DNA of 64,000 nt. Source: Myxococcota bacterium (GTDB lineage: Bacteria > Myxococcota_A > UBA9042 > PHBI01 > JACKFB01). The DNA is taken from positions 25,797 to 89,796 of the forward strand of contig JBNJGB010000024.1 of assembly GCA_051747385.1 (NCBI GenBank). The letters run 5' to 3'. A program made the translations under genes and the position numbers. A model generated the notes under the pieces. The model was not told where the DNA came from, searched no databases, and saw only the letters and a program-made list of their open reading frames with translations. This document shows, piece after piece, positions 32,308 through 41,173 of this stretch (positions are counted from its first letter, which is position 1; each line of letters starts with the position of its first letter).

Positions 32308-35028
32308 TCACCCCCCGGACGGGAGGGGCTCCCAGCGACACACGAGGCCGGGCTCCGGAGGCTCGCCGCGCCGCTCGAGGATCAGCACGGGATAGTCCCG
32401 CCCGTACTTGAGTCGCGGGTCGCGGAAGACCTTCGCGAGCCTGAACCAACGCCTGGTCGTGGGCAGCTTCCGCATCCGCCGGGGCGTGAAGTAGCTCCGG
32501 GACGTGGACACCAGGAAGCGCACGTCGTCGGCGCAGACCTCGTTCCAGTAGGCCTCCTCGTCCAGGAGCCCGGAGCGGAAGCGCTTGTTGTTGGTGTCCG
32601 CCTCGTCGGCCGCCAGCCGGCGGTCGGAGGCCAGCGCGACGAGCGGCGCCGAGGTGGAGGCGCCGGCGAGGGTCTCGTGAGGCTCGCTGCGCTCCCGGAT
32701 CCACGCGGCGATGTCGGGCAGGGACGAGAACAGCCGCTTCTTGTTCCACAGGTAGTGGCGATAGCCGCGCTCCATGTCGCCCTTGAGCCGGTGATCCCCC
32801 CAGAACAGCGCCCGCACGGGAGCGTCTGCGACCTCCGGCAGCACCGCCGCCTCGGTCCACTCGTAGTCGTTGCGCTGGCCCAGGTCCCGGAACTCGCTCG
32901 GGAAGATGTGGTTGGCCTTCGCGGCCCAGGGCTCCCAGAGGGACAACAGGGCGAACGCGACCGTGGCGGTGGCCAGGCGAGCCGCGCCGAGGCGGTGCTC
33001 CCTGGGACCCGTGACGGCCGTCCAGGCGAGGCGGACGCCACGCTGGAAGACGTAGCCCAGGCAGAGGGCCAGCGCGGGGTAGATGAGGGTGAAGTAGAAG
33101 CTGTACAGCTCGCGGAACATGCTGAACTGGACGAACAGCGCGAGCCCCACGCACCAGACGATGGCCGCCGTGCCGTCCGCGCCGTCGCGCCAGAACCGCC
33201 GCGGATCCACGAACCGCCACAGGGGGCCGGGGCGATCGCGGCGGAGGAGCCAGGAGGCGGCCCCGAGCACCGGGGCCAGAAGTCCGGCCGTCCACAGGTG
33301 CGCGTGATAGTAGACGTCCTTGGTGAAGGGCTTGCCGTCCACCATCACCTTCAGGTTGTGCGTCAGGGCGGCCGGCAGGGATTTTCCGCCGCCCATCAGC
33401 GGGATCATCCGCTGGTCCTGGAACTCCTTCAGGCCGTGATAGCGGTACACGCCGTCCACGAACGCGTCACCCGCGGCCAACAGGAAGACCAGGTTGATGC
33501 CTCCCCACACGGCGACGAAGGCCGCGATCTGGCCCACGGCGAAGCGGCGATCCCGGAACAGGCCCAGGGCGAGGAGGGCGCAGACGGCGGCCATGCTGTA
33601 GAAGCCGGTACACGCGGCGAGGCCGAAGAGCACCCCGGCGGTCCGTCCGCGGCCGGACAGGCTCTGCCACAGGCCCAGCGCGAGCCACATCACGGTGAGG
33701 TTCACGCCGGTCATGTTCGTCGTGGCCTTCAGGGTCTCCGCCGCGAAGAGGAAGGCGACCACGGCGAAGGCCGCCCCGATCCGCCCGAAGCCGCGGCGCC
33801 CGACCGCCCACACGGACAGGCCGGCGATGGCGCCCGCCAGCACGCTGAAGACCTTGGCCAGGGTCAGGGACCAGCCGAAGATCCAGAAGAAGAACGCGGG
33901 CAGCAGGATGTGCAGGGGCGGGTGGGCGAAGAAGAAGTCCACGTACGGCCAGCGGCCGCTCCGCGCCAGGTCGGCGGCCATGTAGAAGTAGATGTTCTCG
34001 TCGGTGTTCGACGGCCCCATGGCGTGGAGCTTGAGCAGGGCGTAGAGGACGAGCACCGCCGCAGGGACGGCCAGGTCCGCGGCGACCCCGACACGCCGGC
34101 GCGGGAGGGCCGGGAGCGGAGCGTCCTCCAGGTCGACCAGGAGGCCCGTGCCCTCGAGGGCGAGGAGAAGCAGCAGGGCAGCGATCAGCAGGCCGCCCGC
34201 CACCTGGCCCGATGCTGCCCCGTCCAGGAGGAGGGGCGCCAGGAGGTGGTGGGCCGCCACCAGCCACGCGCCCACGGCCGCGAGGTGGAGGGCGGGAGGG
34301 TGGCGGGCCCGGGAGCGCTCGGCCTCGTCCCCGCCGCGCCAGGCCACGCGGCCGACGTCCAGCCAGGCGGCCCCCACCGGGAGGAGGCCGAGGACGAGGA
34401 CGGCTCCGGCGAGCAAGTCGACGCCGCGTTCGCGCAGGAGGTCCAGGCCCGTCATGACGGGGACGTGCGCCTCGTTGAGGTGATACCAGGGGACCAGCAG
34501 GACGGCCGTGGCCCACAGCAGCGCCACGGCCCCGACCGCCACGGGGAGGCGCGCCGAGGGGCGCAGCAGGGCTGCCCGGGCGGCGGCGGCGAGCGCCACG
34601 AAGGGCAGGGCGCTCGGGAAGCCCACGAAGTGGCCGTGGGCGTGGGCGAAGGGCGAGAGGTGCCACTCGGGGTGGCGTCCGAACAGCGCCATGGCGCCCA
34701 GCCACGCCGCCAACAGGCCTCCGCCCCGGATGAGGCGCCGCGTCGGACCGTCGAGCCGGGTGGAGACGAGCGCGAGCACCGCGCCGAGGCCGGCCAGGAG
34801 GCGGCCCAGGTCCCACAGGCCCGAAAAGCGCAGGTGGTCCTCGGCCGGGGAGGCCAGGGCGGCCGCCACGAGGACGATCGCGGCGGCCGCGAGGGGCCCG
34901 AACCTCTCCAGGGGCCCGGCGGGGCGCGGCGGTCGTGGTTCCGGCGCCGGTCCAGAGCGGTCCTCGGGCGGGGCGGGCGTTGCCCCTCGGGCCTCCCTGC
35001 GCTCGTGGCGTCGCCTACGCTTCGCCAC
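32308..35028 (-). CDS. Large polytopic membrane protein, glycosyltransferase family 39/ArnT-like (putative)
   Basis: 906 aa with more than 15 predicted TM helices and a soluble C-terminal domain. The central region resembles PMT/ArnT-type lipid-linked sugar transferases (family call is low confidence). Confidence 0.6.
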   Translation of the reverse strand: MAKRRRRHERREARGATPAPPEDRSGPAPEPRPPRPAGPLERFGPLAAAAIVLVAAALASPAEDHLRFSGLWDLGRLLAGLGAVLALVSTRLDGPTRRLIRGGGLLAAWLGAMALFGRHPEWHLSPFAHAHGHFVGFPSALPFVALAAAARAALLRPSARLPVAVGAVALLWATAVLLVPWYHLNEAHVPVMTGLDLLRERGVDLLAGAVLVLGLLPVGAAWLDVGRVAWRGGDEAERSRARHPPALHLAAVGAWLVAAHHLLAPLLLDGAASGQVAGGLLIAALLLLLALEGTGLLVDLEDAPLPALPRRRVGVAADLAVPAAVLVLYALLKLHAMGPSNTDENIYFYMAADLARSGRWPYVDFFFAHPPLHILLPAFFFWIFGWSLTLAKVFSVLAGAIAGLSVWAVGRRGFGRIGAAFAVVAFLFAAETLKATTNMTGVNLTVMWLALGLWQSLSGRGRTAGVLFGLAACTGFYSMAAVCALLALGLFRDRRFAVGQIAAFVAVWGGINLVFLLAAGDAFVDGVYRYHGLKEFQDQRMIPLMGGGKSLPAALTHNLKVMVDGKPFTKDVYYHAHLWTAGLLAPVLGAASWLLRRDRPGPLWRFVDPRRFWRDGADGTAAIVWCVGLALFVQFSMFRELYSFYFTLIYPALALCLGYVFQRGVRLAWTAVTGPREHRLGAARLATATVAFALLSLWEPWAAKANHIFPSEFRDLGQRNDYEWTEAAVLPEVADAPVRALFWGDHRLKGDMERGYRHYLWNKKRLFSSLPDIAAWIRERSEPHETLAGASTSAPLVALASDRRLAADEADTNNKRFRSGLLDEEAYWNEVCADDVRFLVSTSRSYFTPRRMRKLPTTRRWFRLAKVFRDPRLKYGRDYPVLILERRGEPPEPGLVCRWEPLPSGG

Positions 35029-35998
35029 GGAGGATCTCCGCCAGGACGCGGTTCGCCTCGGTGTAGGGGTCCGTGTCCCGCGCGATGAGGCGGTCCAGCA
35101 GGGCGTGCTGATCCTCCCGGGGGCCCAGGGCCTCCGCCATCCGCTCCACCAGGTGGTCGCGGACGATGGTCTCCAGCACGTGGGCGGCCCGGTCCCGGAG
35201 GCGGGCCACCTTCGCCGCGTCGTCCGACGGCCGATCCTGGTGGTCGTGCACCGCCTTCAGGAGGTCCGGGATGCCCTCGCCGCGCACCGCCACGGTGGGC
35301 ACGATGGGCGGGCGCCAGTCCCCCTCGTCCTCCGCCAGGCTCTGCAGGGCCCGGATGTCCCGGATGGTGCGGTCGACGCCCTCGCGGTCGGCCTTGTTGA
35401 TGGCGAAGACGTCGGCGATCTCCAGGATGCCGGCCTTGATGGCCTGGATGTCGTCGCCCAGGCCCGGCACGAGCACGACGACCGAGGTGTGGGCCAGCTT
35501 GACCACCTCCACCTCGTCCTGGCCCACGCCGACGGTCTCGAGGAGGACGACGTCGAAGCCCATGGCGTCGAGGATGGACACGACGTCGGCCGTGGAGCGG
35601 CTCAGCCCGCCCAGGTGTCCCCGCGTCGCCAGGCTGCGGATGAAGACCCCGCGATCCGTGGCGTGGTCCGACATGCGGATCCGGTCGCCCAGGATGGCGC
35701 CGCCGGAGAACGGGCTGGACGGGTCCACCGCCACCACGCCCACCCGGAGGTCCTGGTCCCGGTAGTAGCGGATGATCCGGTCCGTCAGGGTGGACTTCCC
35801 GGAGCCCGGGTTGCCCGTGATCCCCACGATGCGCGCCCGCCCCGTGTGGGGATACAGGCGCTTGAGGATCTCGACGGCCACCGGCTGGCGATCATCCACC
35901 AGGCGCATGGCCCGGCCGGCGGCGCGCTCGTCTCCCTCCAGGATGCGCCCGACGAAGGCGTCGAGGGCCTCGGGATCAGCGGTCACAGGTCGTCGCAT
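35015..35998 (-). CDS. meaB: Methylmalonyl-CoA mutase-associated G-protein chaperone MeaB/ArgK
   Basis: P-loop GNPGSGKST, DxxG and NKAD motifs. The true start, MRRPVTADPE at 35998, lies inside track ORF 35015..36085. Confidence 0.85.
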   Translation of the reverse strand: MRRPVTADPEALDAFVGRILEGDERAAGRAMRLVDDRQPVAVEILKRLYPHTGRARIVGITGNPGSGKSTLTDRIIRYYRDQDLRVGVVAVDPSSPFSGGAILGDRIRMSDHATDRGVFIRSLATRGHLGGLSRSTADVVSILDAMGFDVVLLETVGVGQDEVEVVKLAHTSVVVLVPGLGDDIQAIKAGILEIADVFAINKADREGVDRTIRDIRALQSLAEDEGDWRPPIVPTVAVRGEGIPDLLKAVHDHQDRPSDDAAKVARLRDRAAHVLETIVRDHLVERMAEALGPREDQHALLDRLIARDTDPYTEANRVLAEILRGEA

Positions 35999-38069
35999 GG
36001 CCCTGGGGTCCCTCCCACGTCGCGGAGGCGGAGGACTCGGTCTCGCGCCAGCGCGCACCGGCGGCGCGCCACGCCCGAAGCTCACGACGGAGCAGCGCCT
36101 CCCGGAGGCTCTCCGTGTCGGACGTCTCGGTCCGGGCCCAGCCCTCGTCGCCGCGCGCCAGCCAGCGCGAAGGCTCGTCCCCGCCGGGCTCGAGCAGAGC
36201 GCGCTCGCCCTGGACGACGAGCGCCGCCTCCCGGTGGGCCGAGAAGGCCGGGGTGGGCCACGCCGCGGGGACGATGGCCCGGACGTCCACGCCCTGGACG
36301 CCGTCGGGCGGGTCGACGCCGGCGAGACCCCACACCGTCGCGGCGAGGTCCGTCAGATCCACGGCCGAGTCCGACGCGGGCACCGGCGCGCCGACGACCC
36401 ACGCGGGCACGTGGGCGACCTCCGTGTGCATCGCCACGTCGCCAGGGAGGGCGCCGGCCCCCACACCCGCCACCACGACCACGGCGTCGGGCGCCAGGGT
36501 GCGCGCCTGCTTCACGAAGTCCCCGACGGCCGCCATCACCTCGTCGGCCTTGCCCTTCCGGAGCACCTCGAGGAACGCGCGGTCCCGCTGGTCCAGGGTG
36601 CGCCGTCCGGCGCGGACGTCGGACAGCACCTCGCGCGTGGTGGCGGGGTCCCACGGGGGATCGCCGCGCCCGCCCCAGTGCTCCTTCCAGGCCTCGCCCC
36701 GGGGCAGCCACGGCGGCCCGGTGTCCCCCAGGAGGGCGGCCGCGAAGACCTTGCCGTCCCCGGCCTCGCGCAGAGCGTCGACGAGGCTCGTGAGCACCGG
36801 CGCGGCGTGGGGCAGCAGGTCGCCGCCGGAGGCGAGGAGAGAGTCGTCGAAACCGCGCACCGGCGAGGCCTCGCCACCCAGCGGCACCGGGCCGGCGCGC
36901 AGGATGGTGTCCCACCCGGCGTCGCGGAGGCTCTTGGCCAGGGTCGGAATCTCGTCGTTCAGGCGGTCCGAACGCGCCTGCACGCCGTGGCCCGCCGGAT
37001 ATCGGCCGGTCCACAGCGACGCGACGGCGGGCCGCAGGTCCAGCGCGGAGGTCCACGCGCTGGTCAGCAGCGTCGCGTCCGGCAGGTCGTCCTCGCCGAC
37101 GTCCGTCGCACGGAGCCCTCTCACGCCGACGAGGATGATCTTGTCCGCGGTGGTCTTCGCCGGCGGCGTCTCCGACCGGGTGCCGGGGACGGTGAGGGTG
37201 GGGGCCACGAGGCCCGCGGCGCCGCCTCCCTCCCCCTCGACGCCGAGGCGGAGCCACACCGGCGACCGGCGGCCGCCCCGGGAGAGGTCGAGGTTCCACG
37301 GCATCTGCAGGGCGGCCGGCAGGGCGGCCACGCGGTCGACGGCGCCCTCGGCGCTGATACGCTCCACGACCACGCGGAGCTTCGAGGCGTCGCCGCGAAG
37401 CCGGACGCCGGACGTCTCCAGGGCCTGCTCGGGCTGCAAGGGCGCGGGCATGGTCACCTGCACGCCGCGCTCGAGCCAGAGCACGTCGCCGGCGGCCAGC
37501 GGTCCGGCGGGGGCCTCCCCGGGGGGGGCCGCCTCCGTGTCGAACACCACCGCGTGGAGGAGGGCGCGGACGTCGCGCGGCATCCCGGGACCCTCCGGCG
37601 CTGGGCGCGTGACCTTCGAGAAGGTCATCGTCAGGCGGCGCCGCCCGGCGTCGTCCGGCTTTATCGCCAGGCCTGCGCGCTGCCACCCCTCCTCCAGCGG
37701 GTGGGTGCCGAGCTCGCGGTCTCCGAGGGTCACGGTGAGATCCCGCGGGCCGTGGGCCGGGCGGAGGAGCAGGTCCATGCGCCTGGCGCCGGCGGGGACG
37801 ACGACCTGGAGGACGGCGCGGGGGTGGGTCACCGGTCGATACGACCAGCCCTCCCCGTCGCAGCCGGGCTCGCCGAACGCGTAGGTCCCCTCCGGGCCGG
37901 CGGCGGTGAAGAAGCCCGGCCCTGAGGCGTCGACGCGGCCGGTCCCGTATGCCGCCAGCCGGATCAGGTCGGCGGAGTCCAGGCGCCCGGGGAGGGCGGC
38001 CGTCGCCTCCGGGGCGAGCGCCGCGAAAACCAGGAGGGCCAGCGCGTGACGAGCGAGGATCCGGATCAT
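35976..38069 (-). CDS. Secreted alkaline-phosphatase/sulfatase-superfamily protein with a degenerate active site (pseudo-sulfatase), 698 aa
   Basis: Signal peptide MIRILARHALALLVFAALAPEATAA. The central region aligns to the sulfatase N-terminal domain (ILVGVRG..., SLWTGRYPAGHGV, LAKSLRDAGWDT), but the CxPxR formylglycine motif reads LRPAV. The upstream 185 codons of the track ORF cross a repeat element and are not coding. Confidence 0.55.
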   Translation of the reverse strand: MIRILARHALALLVFAALAPEATAALPGRLDSADLIRLAAYGTGRVDASGPGFFTAAGPEGTYAFGEPGCDGEGWSYRPVTHPRAVLQVVVPAGARRMDLLLRPAHGPRDLTVTLGDRELGTHPLEEGWQRAGLAIKPDDAGRRRLTMTFSKVTRPAPEGPGMPRDVRALLHAVVFDTEAAPPGEAPAGPLAAGDVLWLERGVQVTMPAPLQPEQALETSGVRLRGDASKLRVVVERISAEGAVDRVAALPAALQMPWNLDLSRGGRRSPVWLRLGVEGEGGGAAGLVAPTLTVPGTRSETPPAKTTADKIILVGVRGLRATDVGEDDLPDATLLTSAWTSALDLRPAVASLWTGRYPAGHGVQARSDRLNDEIPTLAKSLRDAGWDTILRAGPVPLGGEASPVRGFDDSLLASGGDLLPHAAPVLTSLVDALREAGDGKVFAAALLGDTGPPWLPRGEAWKEHWGGRGDPPWDPATTREVLSDVRAGRRTLDQRDRAFLEVLRKGKADEVMAAVGDFVKQARTLAPDAVVVVAGVGAGALPGDVAMHTEVAHVPAWVVGAPVPASDSAVDLTDLAATVWGLAGVDPPDGVQGVDVRAIVPAAWPTPAFSAHREAALVVQGERALLEPGGDEPSRWLARGDEGWARTETSDTESLREALLRRELRAWRAAGARWRETESSASATWEGPQGHATTCDR

Positions 38070-38174
38070 GCCAACCGTCCGTAGCCGTGGCCGGTTCCGC
38101 CGTTGTCGGGACGCCCATCCTGGGGCGTGGAACGGAGTGCGGTTAGCACGCGGCTTCGCGCCGTGTAAAGGCAC

Positions 38175-38371
38175 CCGCCGGGTTCGGCCAGGGCGGTCGC
38201 ACAGTCGACCGCCCTCCCTTGCCTTTGCCCTTGCCCTTGCCCTTGCCCTTGCCCTTGCCTGCTTTCGAAGGCGTAGAGTCCATCGTTTCCGGGCGGGTGT
38301 CATGCGGTGCCGGGCGTCGGACCGCCGCGCGACCCTCCCTTGTCCGACTTTGCGATTGCCCCGCGGGTTCC
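38175..38371 (+). mobile_element. Family A MITE-like element, copy 2 (core 38190..38361)
   Basis: Same hairpin; seven CCCTTG hexamers (copy 1 has five); the CCATCGTTTCCGGGCGGGTG box; the GCGATTGCCC end. Flanked by direct repeats cccgccgggttc and cgcgggttcc. Confidence 0.5.
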
Positions 38372-38424
38372 CCTGGGCGGCGCGACGTTGACGCCCGGGG
38401 GGCGAGGCGCCAGCATCCACGCTC

Positions 38425-38913
38425 ATGAAGCGATCATCCGTGTTGTTCGTGTGTCTGGGAAACATCTGTCGCTCGCCCCTCGCCGAGGGGGTCTTCCGCG
38501 ACGAGGTCGCACGCCGCGGGGTGGAGGGCCTCGTCCGCGTGGACTCCTGCGGTACCGGGGGCTGGCACGTGGGGGAGGCGCCCGACCCGCGGAGCGTCGA
38601 GGTGGCGCAGCGGCACGGCCTGGACATCAGCCACCAGCGGGCCCGGCAGCTTCGCGGCGAGGACTTCTACGAGTTCGTCTGGATGATCCCCATGGACCGG
38701 TCCAACGAGCGGGTGCTCGCGGCGTCCCGGCCGGACGACCACGACGGCCTCGTCCGGCGGTACACGACCTTCGTGCCGGGCCGCGCCCCGGAGGACGTCC
38801 CGGACCCGTACTACGGCGGCCCCCGGGGCTTCGACGACGTGTTCGACCTCATCCGGCGCGGGGCAGGCCCCCTGCTGGACGAGATCCTGGCGGACCTCGA
38901 GGCGCGCCGATGA
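38425..38913 (+). CDS. Low-molecular-weight protein-tyrosine phosphatase
   Basis: P-loop CLGNICRSP at the N-terminus and a DPYY loop; 162 aa. Confidence 0.9.
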   Translation: MKRSSVLFVCLGNICRSPLAEGVFRDEVARRGVEGLVRVDSCGTGGWHVGEAPDPRSVEVAQRHGLDISHQRARQLRGEDFYEFVWMIPMDRSNERVLAASRPDDHDGLVRRYTTFVPGRAPEDVPDPYYGGPRGFDDVFDLIRRGAGPLLDEILADLEARR

Positions 38914-39767
38914 ACCTCCCGGGCACGGTGGAGGACCTGATCCGCGACGCCACCGGCCACCCGCCCAAGGCCGTCCGCCCGGTCGGCGGGGGCTGCATCA
39001 ACCAGGCGGCGCGCGTGGAGACGGACGGCGGGGCCGTCTTCGTGAAGTGGAACCCGGGCTCGCCTCCGGGCTTCTTCGGGGCCGAGGCCGACGGACTGGA
39101 GCGCCTGGCCGCCACACGGACCGTGCGCGTTCCCGGGGTCCGGGCCGTCGACGACGAACGGCGCGTGGGCGCCATCGTGATGGACTGGGTGCCGGACGGA
39201 CGCGATCGCTCGGCGGCGATGGAGGACGCCGGGCGCAGGCTCGCCGAGCTGCACGCCCGGAGGGGCCGTCCGCCCGGCCTGGAGCGGGACAACTTCATCG
39301 GCTCCATCCCGCAGCGGAACACGCCCCCGCCGGACGGCCGCTGGCTCACGTTCTTCCGGGAGCAGCGCGTCCACGCCCTCGCAGGCGCCCTCCCGGCGCG
39401 GGTCCGGCGGGACCTGGAGGCGCTGGACCTCGAGGGCCTCCTGACGGAGCCGGAGGGTGGCTGCGCGCTGCTCCACGGCGACCTGTGGGGCGGCAACGTC
39501 ATGGTGGGCGAGGGCGGCGCCGGCTGGATCGTCGATCCCGCCGTCTACCACGGCCACCCGGAGGTCGACCTGGCCATGACCCGCCTGTTCGGCGGGTTCG
39601 GCCCGCGGTTCTACGACGCCTACCAGGAGGTGGCGGGGCCGTTCGACGCGGATCTGGACGCTCGCCTGGAGGTGCTGAACCTCTACCCCCTGCTGGTGCA
39701 CGTGCACCTGTTCGGCGGCGCCTACCTGGGCCAGGTGGAGGCGGTGGTCCGCCGCTTCGCACGCTAG
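38910..39767 (+). CDS. Fructosamine/ribulosamine-3-kinase family protein (FN3K homologue)
   Basis: Kinase-like fold with LLHGDLWGGN and PAVYHGHPEVDLAM. The ATG at 38910 overlaps the phosphatase stop as ATGA. Confidence 0.85.
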   Translation: MNLPGTVEDLIRDATGHPPKAVRPVGGGCINQAARVETDGGAVFVKWNPGSPPGFFGAEADGLERLAATRTVRVPGVRAVDDERRVGAIVMDWVPDGRDRSAAMEDAGRRLAELHARRGRPPGLERDNFIGSIPQRNTPPPDGRWLTFFREQRVHALAGALPARVRRDLEALDLEGLLTEPEGGCALLHGDLWGGNVMVGEGGAGWIVDPAVYHGHPEVDLAMTRLFGGFGPRFYDAYQEVAGPFDADLDARLEVLNLYPLLVHVHLFGGAYLGQVEAVVRRFAR

Positions 39768-39867
39768 CCTCGCTTCGCACGCTAGCGTCGCGGGCCGGGC
39801 GGTTTTCTGGACGGATCGGCGGGCGGGCGCCACCTTCGAGGCGAACGAAGCACGGAGGACGCGCCCC

Positions 39868-40206
39868 ATGGTCGCCATCTGGTTCGATCCCTCGACCGCC
39901 GCCACCGATCGCCTCACCGCCAGCGTCACCGTCGGCTCCGCCGCCGAGACGACGCGGACCCTCGACGTGGGCGTGCGCTCCATCGGGCGCCGAGGCGTCG
40001 TGCTGAAGACCGCCGGCGACCTGGGCGGCGCCCGCCACGCGTGGATGGATCTCGCGCTGCCCGGCGGACGCAGCATCCGGCCCCTCGTCGAGATCGGCCG
40101 GTCGGACCAGGGGCACACCCCCGTGCGCTTCAAGCACCTCTTCCCGCGGGATCGCGAGGCCCTCGAGGCCTTCCACCTCTCCCGGGCGACGACCTCGGGC
40201 TACTGA
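39868..40206 (+). CDS. Small hypothetical protein, possibly PilZ-like
   Basis: 112 aa. A C-terminal VRFKHLFPRDREALEAF segment resembles the PilZ-domain C-terminus. Weak call. Confidence 0.3.
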   Translation: MVAIWFDPSTAATDRLTASVTVGSAAETTRTLDVGVRSIGRRGVVLKTAGDLGGARHAWMDLALPGGRSIRPLVEIGRSDQGHTPVRFKHLFPRDREALEAFHLSRATTSGY

Positions 40207-40213
40207 ACACCGT

Positions 40214-40999
40214 TCAGGAGCTGATCGGCCCCTCGGCGTCGCGCTCCGGCCGGGTCGGAAAGGCGTGGACCGTCGCCGGGATCCGGTCGGCGAGCGGCGC
40301 CAGCAGATCCGGGATCTCGTGCCACCGGTAGATCTGGCTGAAGTGGCTCAGGACGAGGTGGTCGCACACGAGGCGGTCGGCGCGCTCCAGCAGGTCCCGC
40401 AGGTGGACGTGCCCGCCCGCGCGGCAGTCGTCGTAGTCCTTCCGGTCGTCGAGGAACGTGCACTCGATGAGGAGGGTCGCGGCGTCGGCGACGTGGGGGC
40501 TCCGCTCGAGCACCTCGGGCAGGGTGTCCCCGGTCACCGACAGGAGGCGGCGCTCGACGGGGGCGGTCACCTCCACGCCCGACTTGCGCAGCCGGGCGAT
40601 CTCCGGGCCCGGCACCCCGTGGTACTCGGCCTTCAGCTTGTCCACCGTGTGGATCACGCTGTAGCCGAGCGACGGCACCGGGTGATAGGTCCGGAAGGGG
40701 ACCAGCTCGAGGCCGCGGCGCAGGGGATAGCGCGCGCCGGGCTCGGCGGCGACGAGGTGATAGCGGCTCTCGAAGCGCTGGATGCGATCCCAGGCGGCGA
40801 TGAGCTCCCGGACGGCGTCGGCCATCTGGGCGGGCACGTACACCGTGGGCGGCGCCATCCTGTAGAGCTGGCGCAGCGCCAGGAGATACGGCAGGCCGGC
40901 GGCGTGGTCCATGTGCGTGTGGGTCAGGGCGAGGTGATCGCAGCGCAGGGCGTCGCGGTGGCCGCGGCCCACGTCGATGGCCAGCTTCCACTCCGGCAC
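40214..40999 (-). CDS. Metallo-beta-lactamase-fold hydrolase (RNase Z-like family); N-terminus probably extends to about 41075
   Basis: HxHxDH motif THTHMDHAAG and a downstream conserved Asp/His. The given start is the first canonical GTG. The conserved N-terminal strand (EIREFSLRGFSLGG) lies upstream in-frame with no ATG, GTG or TTG. Confidence 0.6.
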   Translation of the reverse strand: MPEWKLAIDVGRGHRDALRCDHLALTHTHMDHAAGLPYLLALRQLYRMAPPTVYVPAQMADAVRELIAAWDRIQRFESRYHLVAAEPGARYPLRRGLELVPFRTYHPVPSLGYSVIHTVDKLKAEYHGVPGPEIARLRKSGVEVTAPVERRLLSVTGDTLPEVLERSPHVADAATLLIECTFLDDRKDYDDCRAGGHVHLRDLLERADRLVCDHLVLSHFSQIYRWHEIPDLLAPLADRIPATVHAFPTRPERDAEGPISS

Positions 41000-41173
41000 G
41001 ACGACGCAGGTCTCGACGCCGCCGAGGGAGAAGCCTCGCAGGCTGAATTCGCGGATTTCGGCACCCCCCGGACCCGTCGGTGGAACGTCGCCCCGGCGCG
41101 GCGCGGAGCGTCTTGTGGGCGTCGTGCGGCCCGTGGTACAAAGCGCCGGACCTCGCGCGAGGAGGATCGTCGC

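Noticed and set aside
38070-38627. N-terminal 186-codon extension of track ORF 35976..38627 (883 aa)
   Set aside because: The extension crosses family A copy 2 and translates to ARARARAKAR low-complexity. A clean signal peptide begins at the internal Met at 38069, so the gene is called from there.
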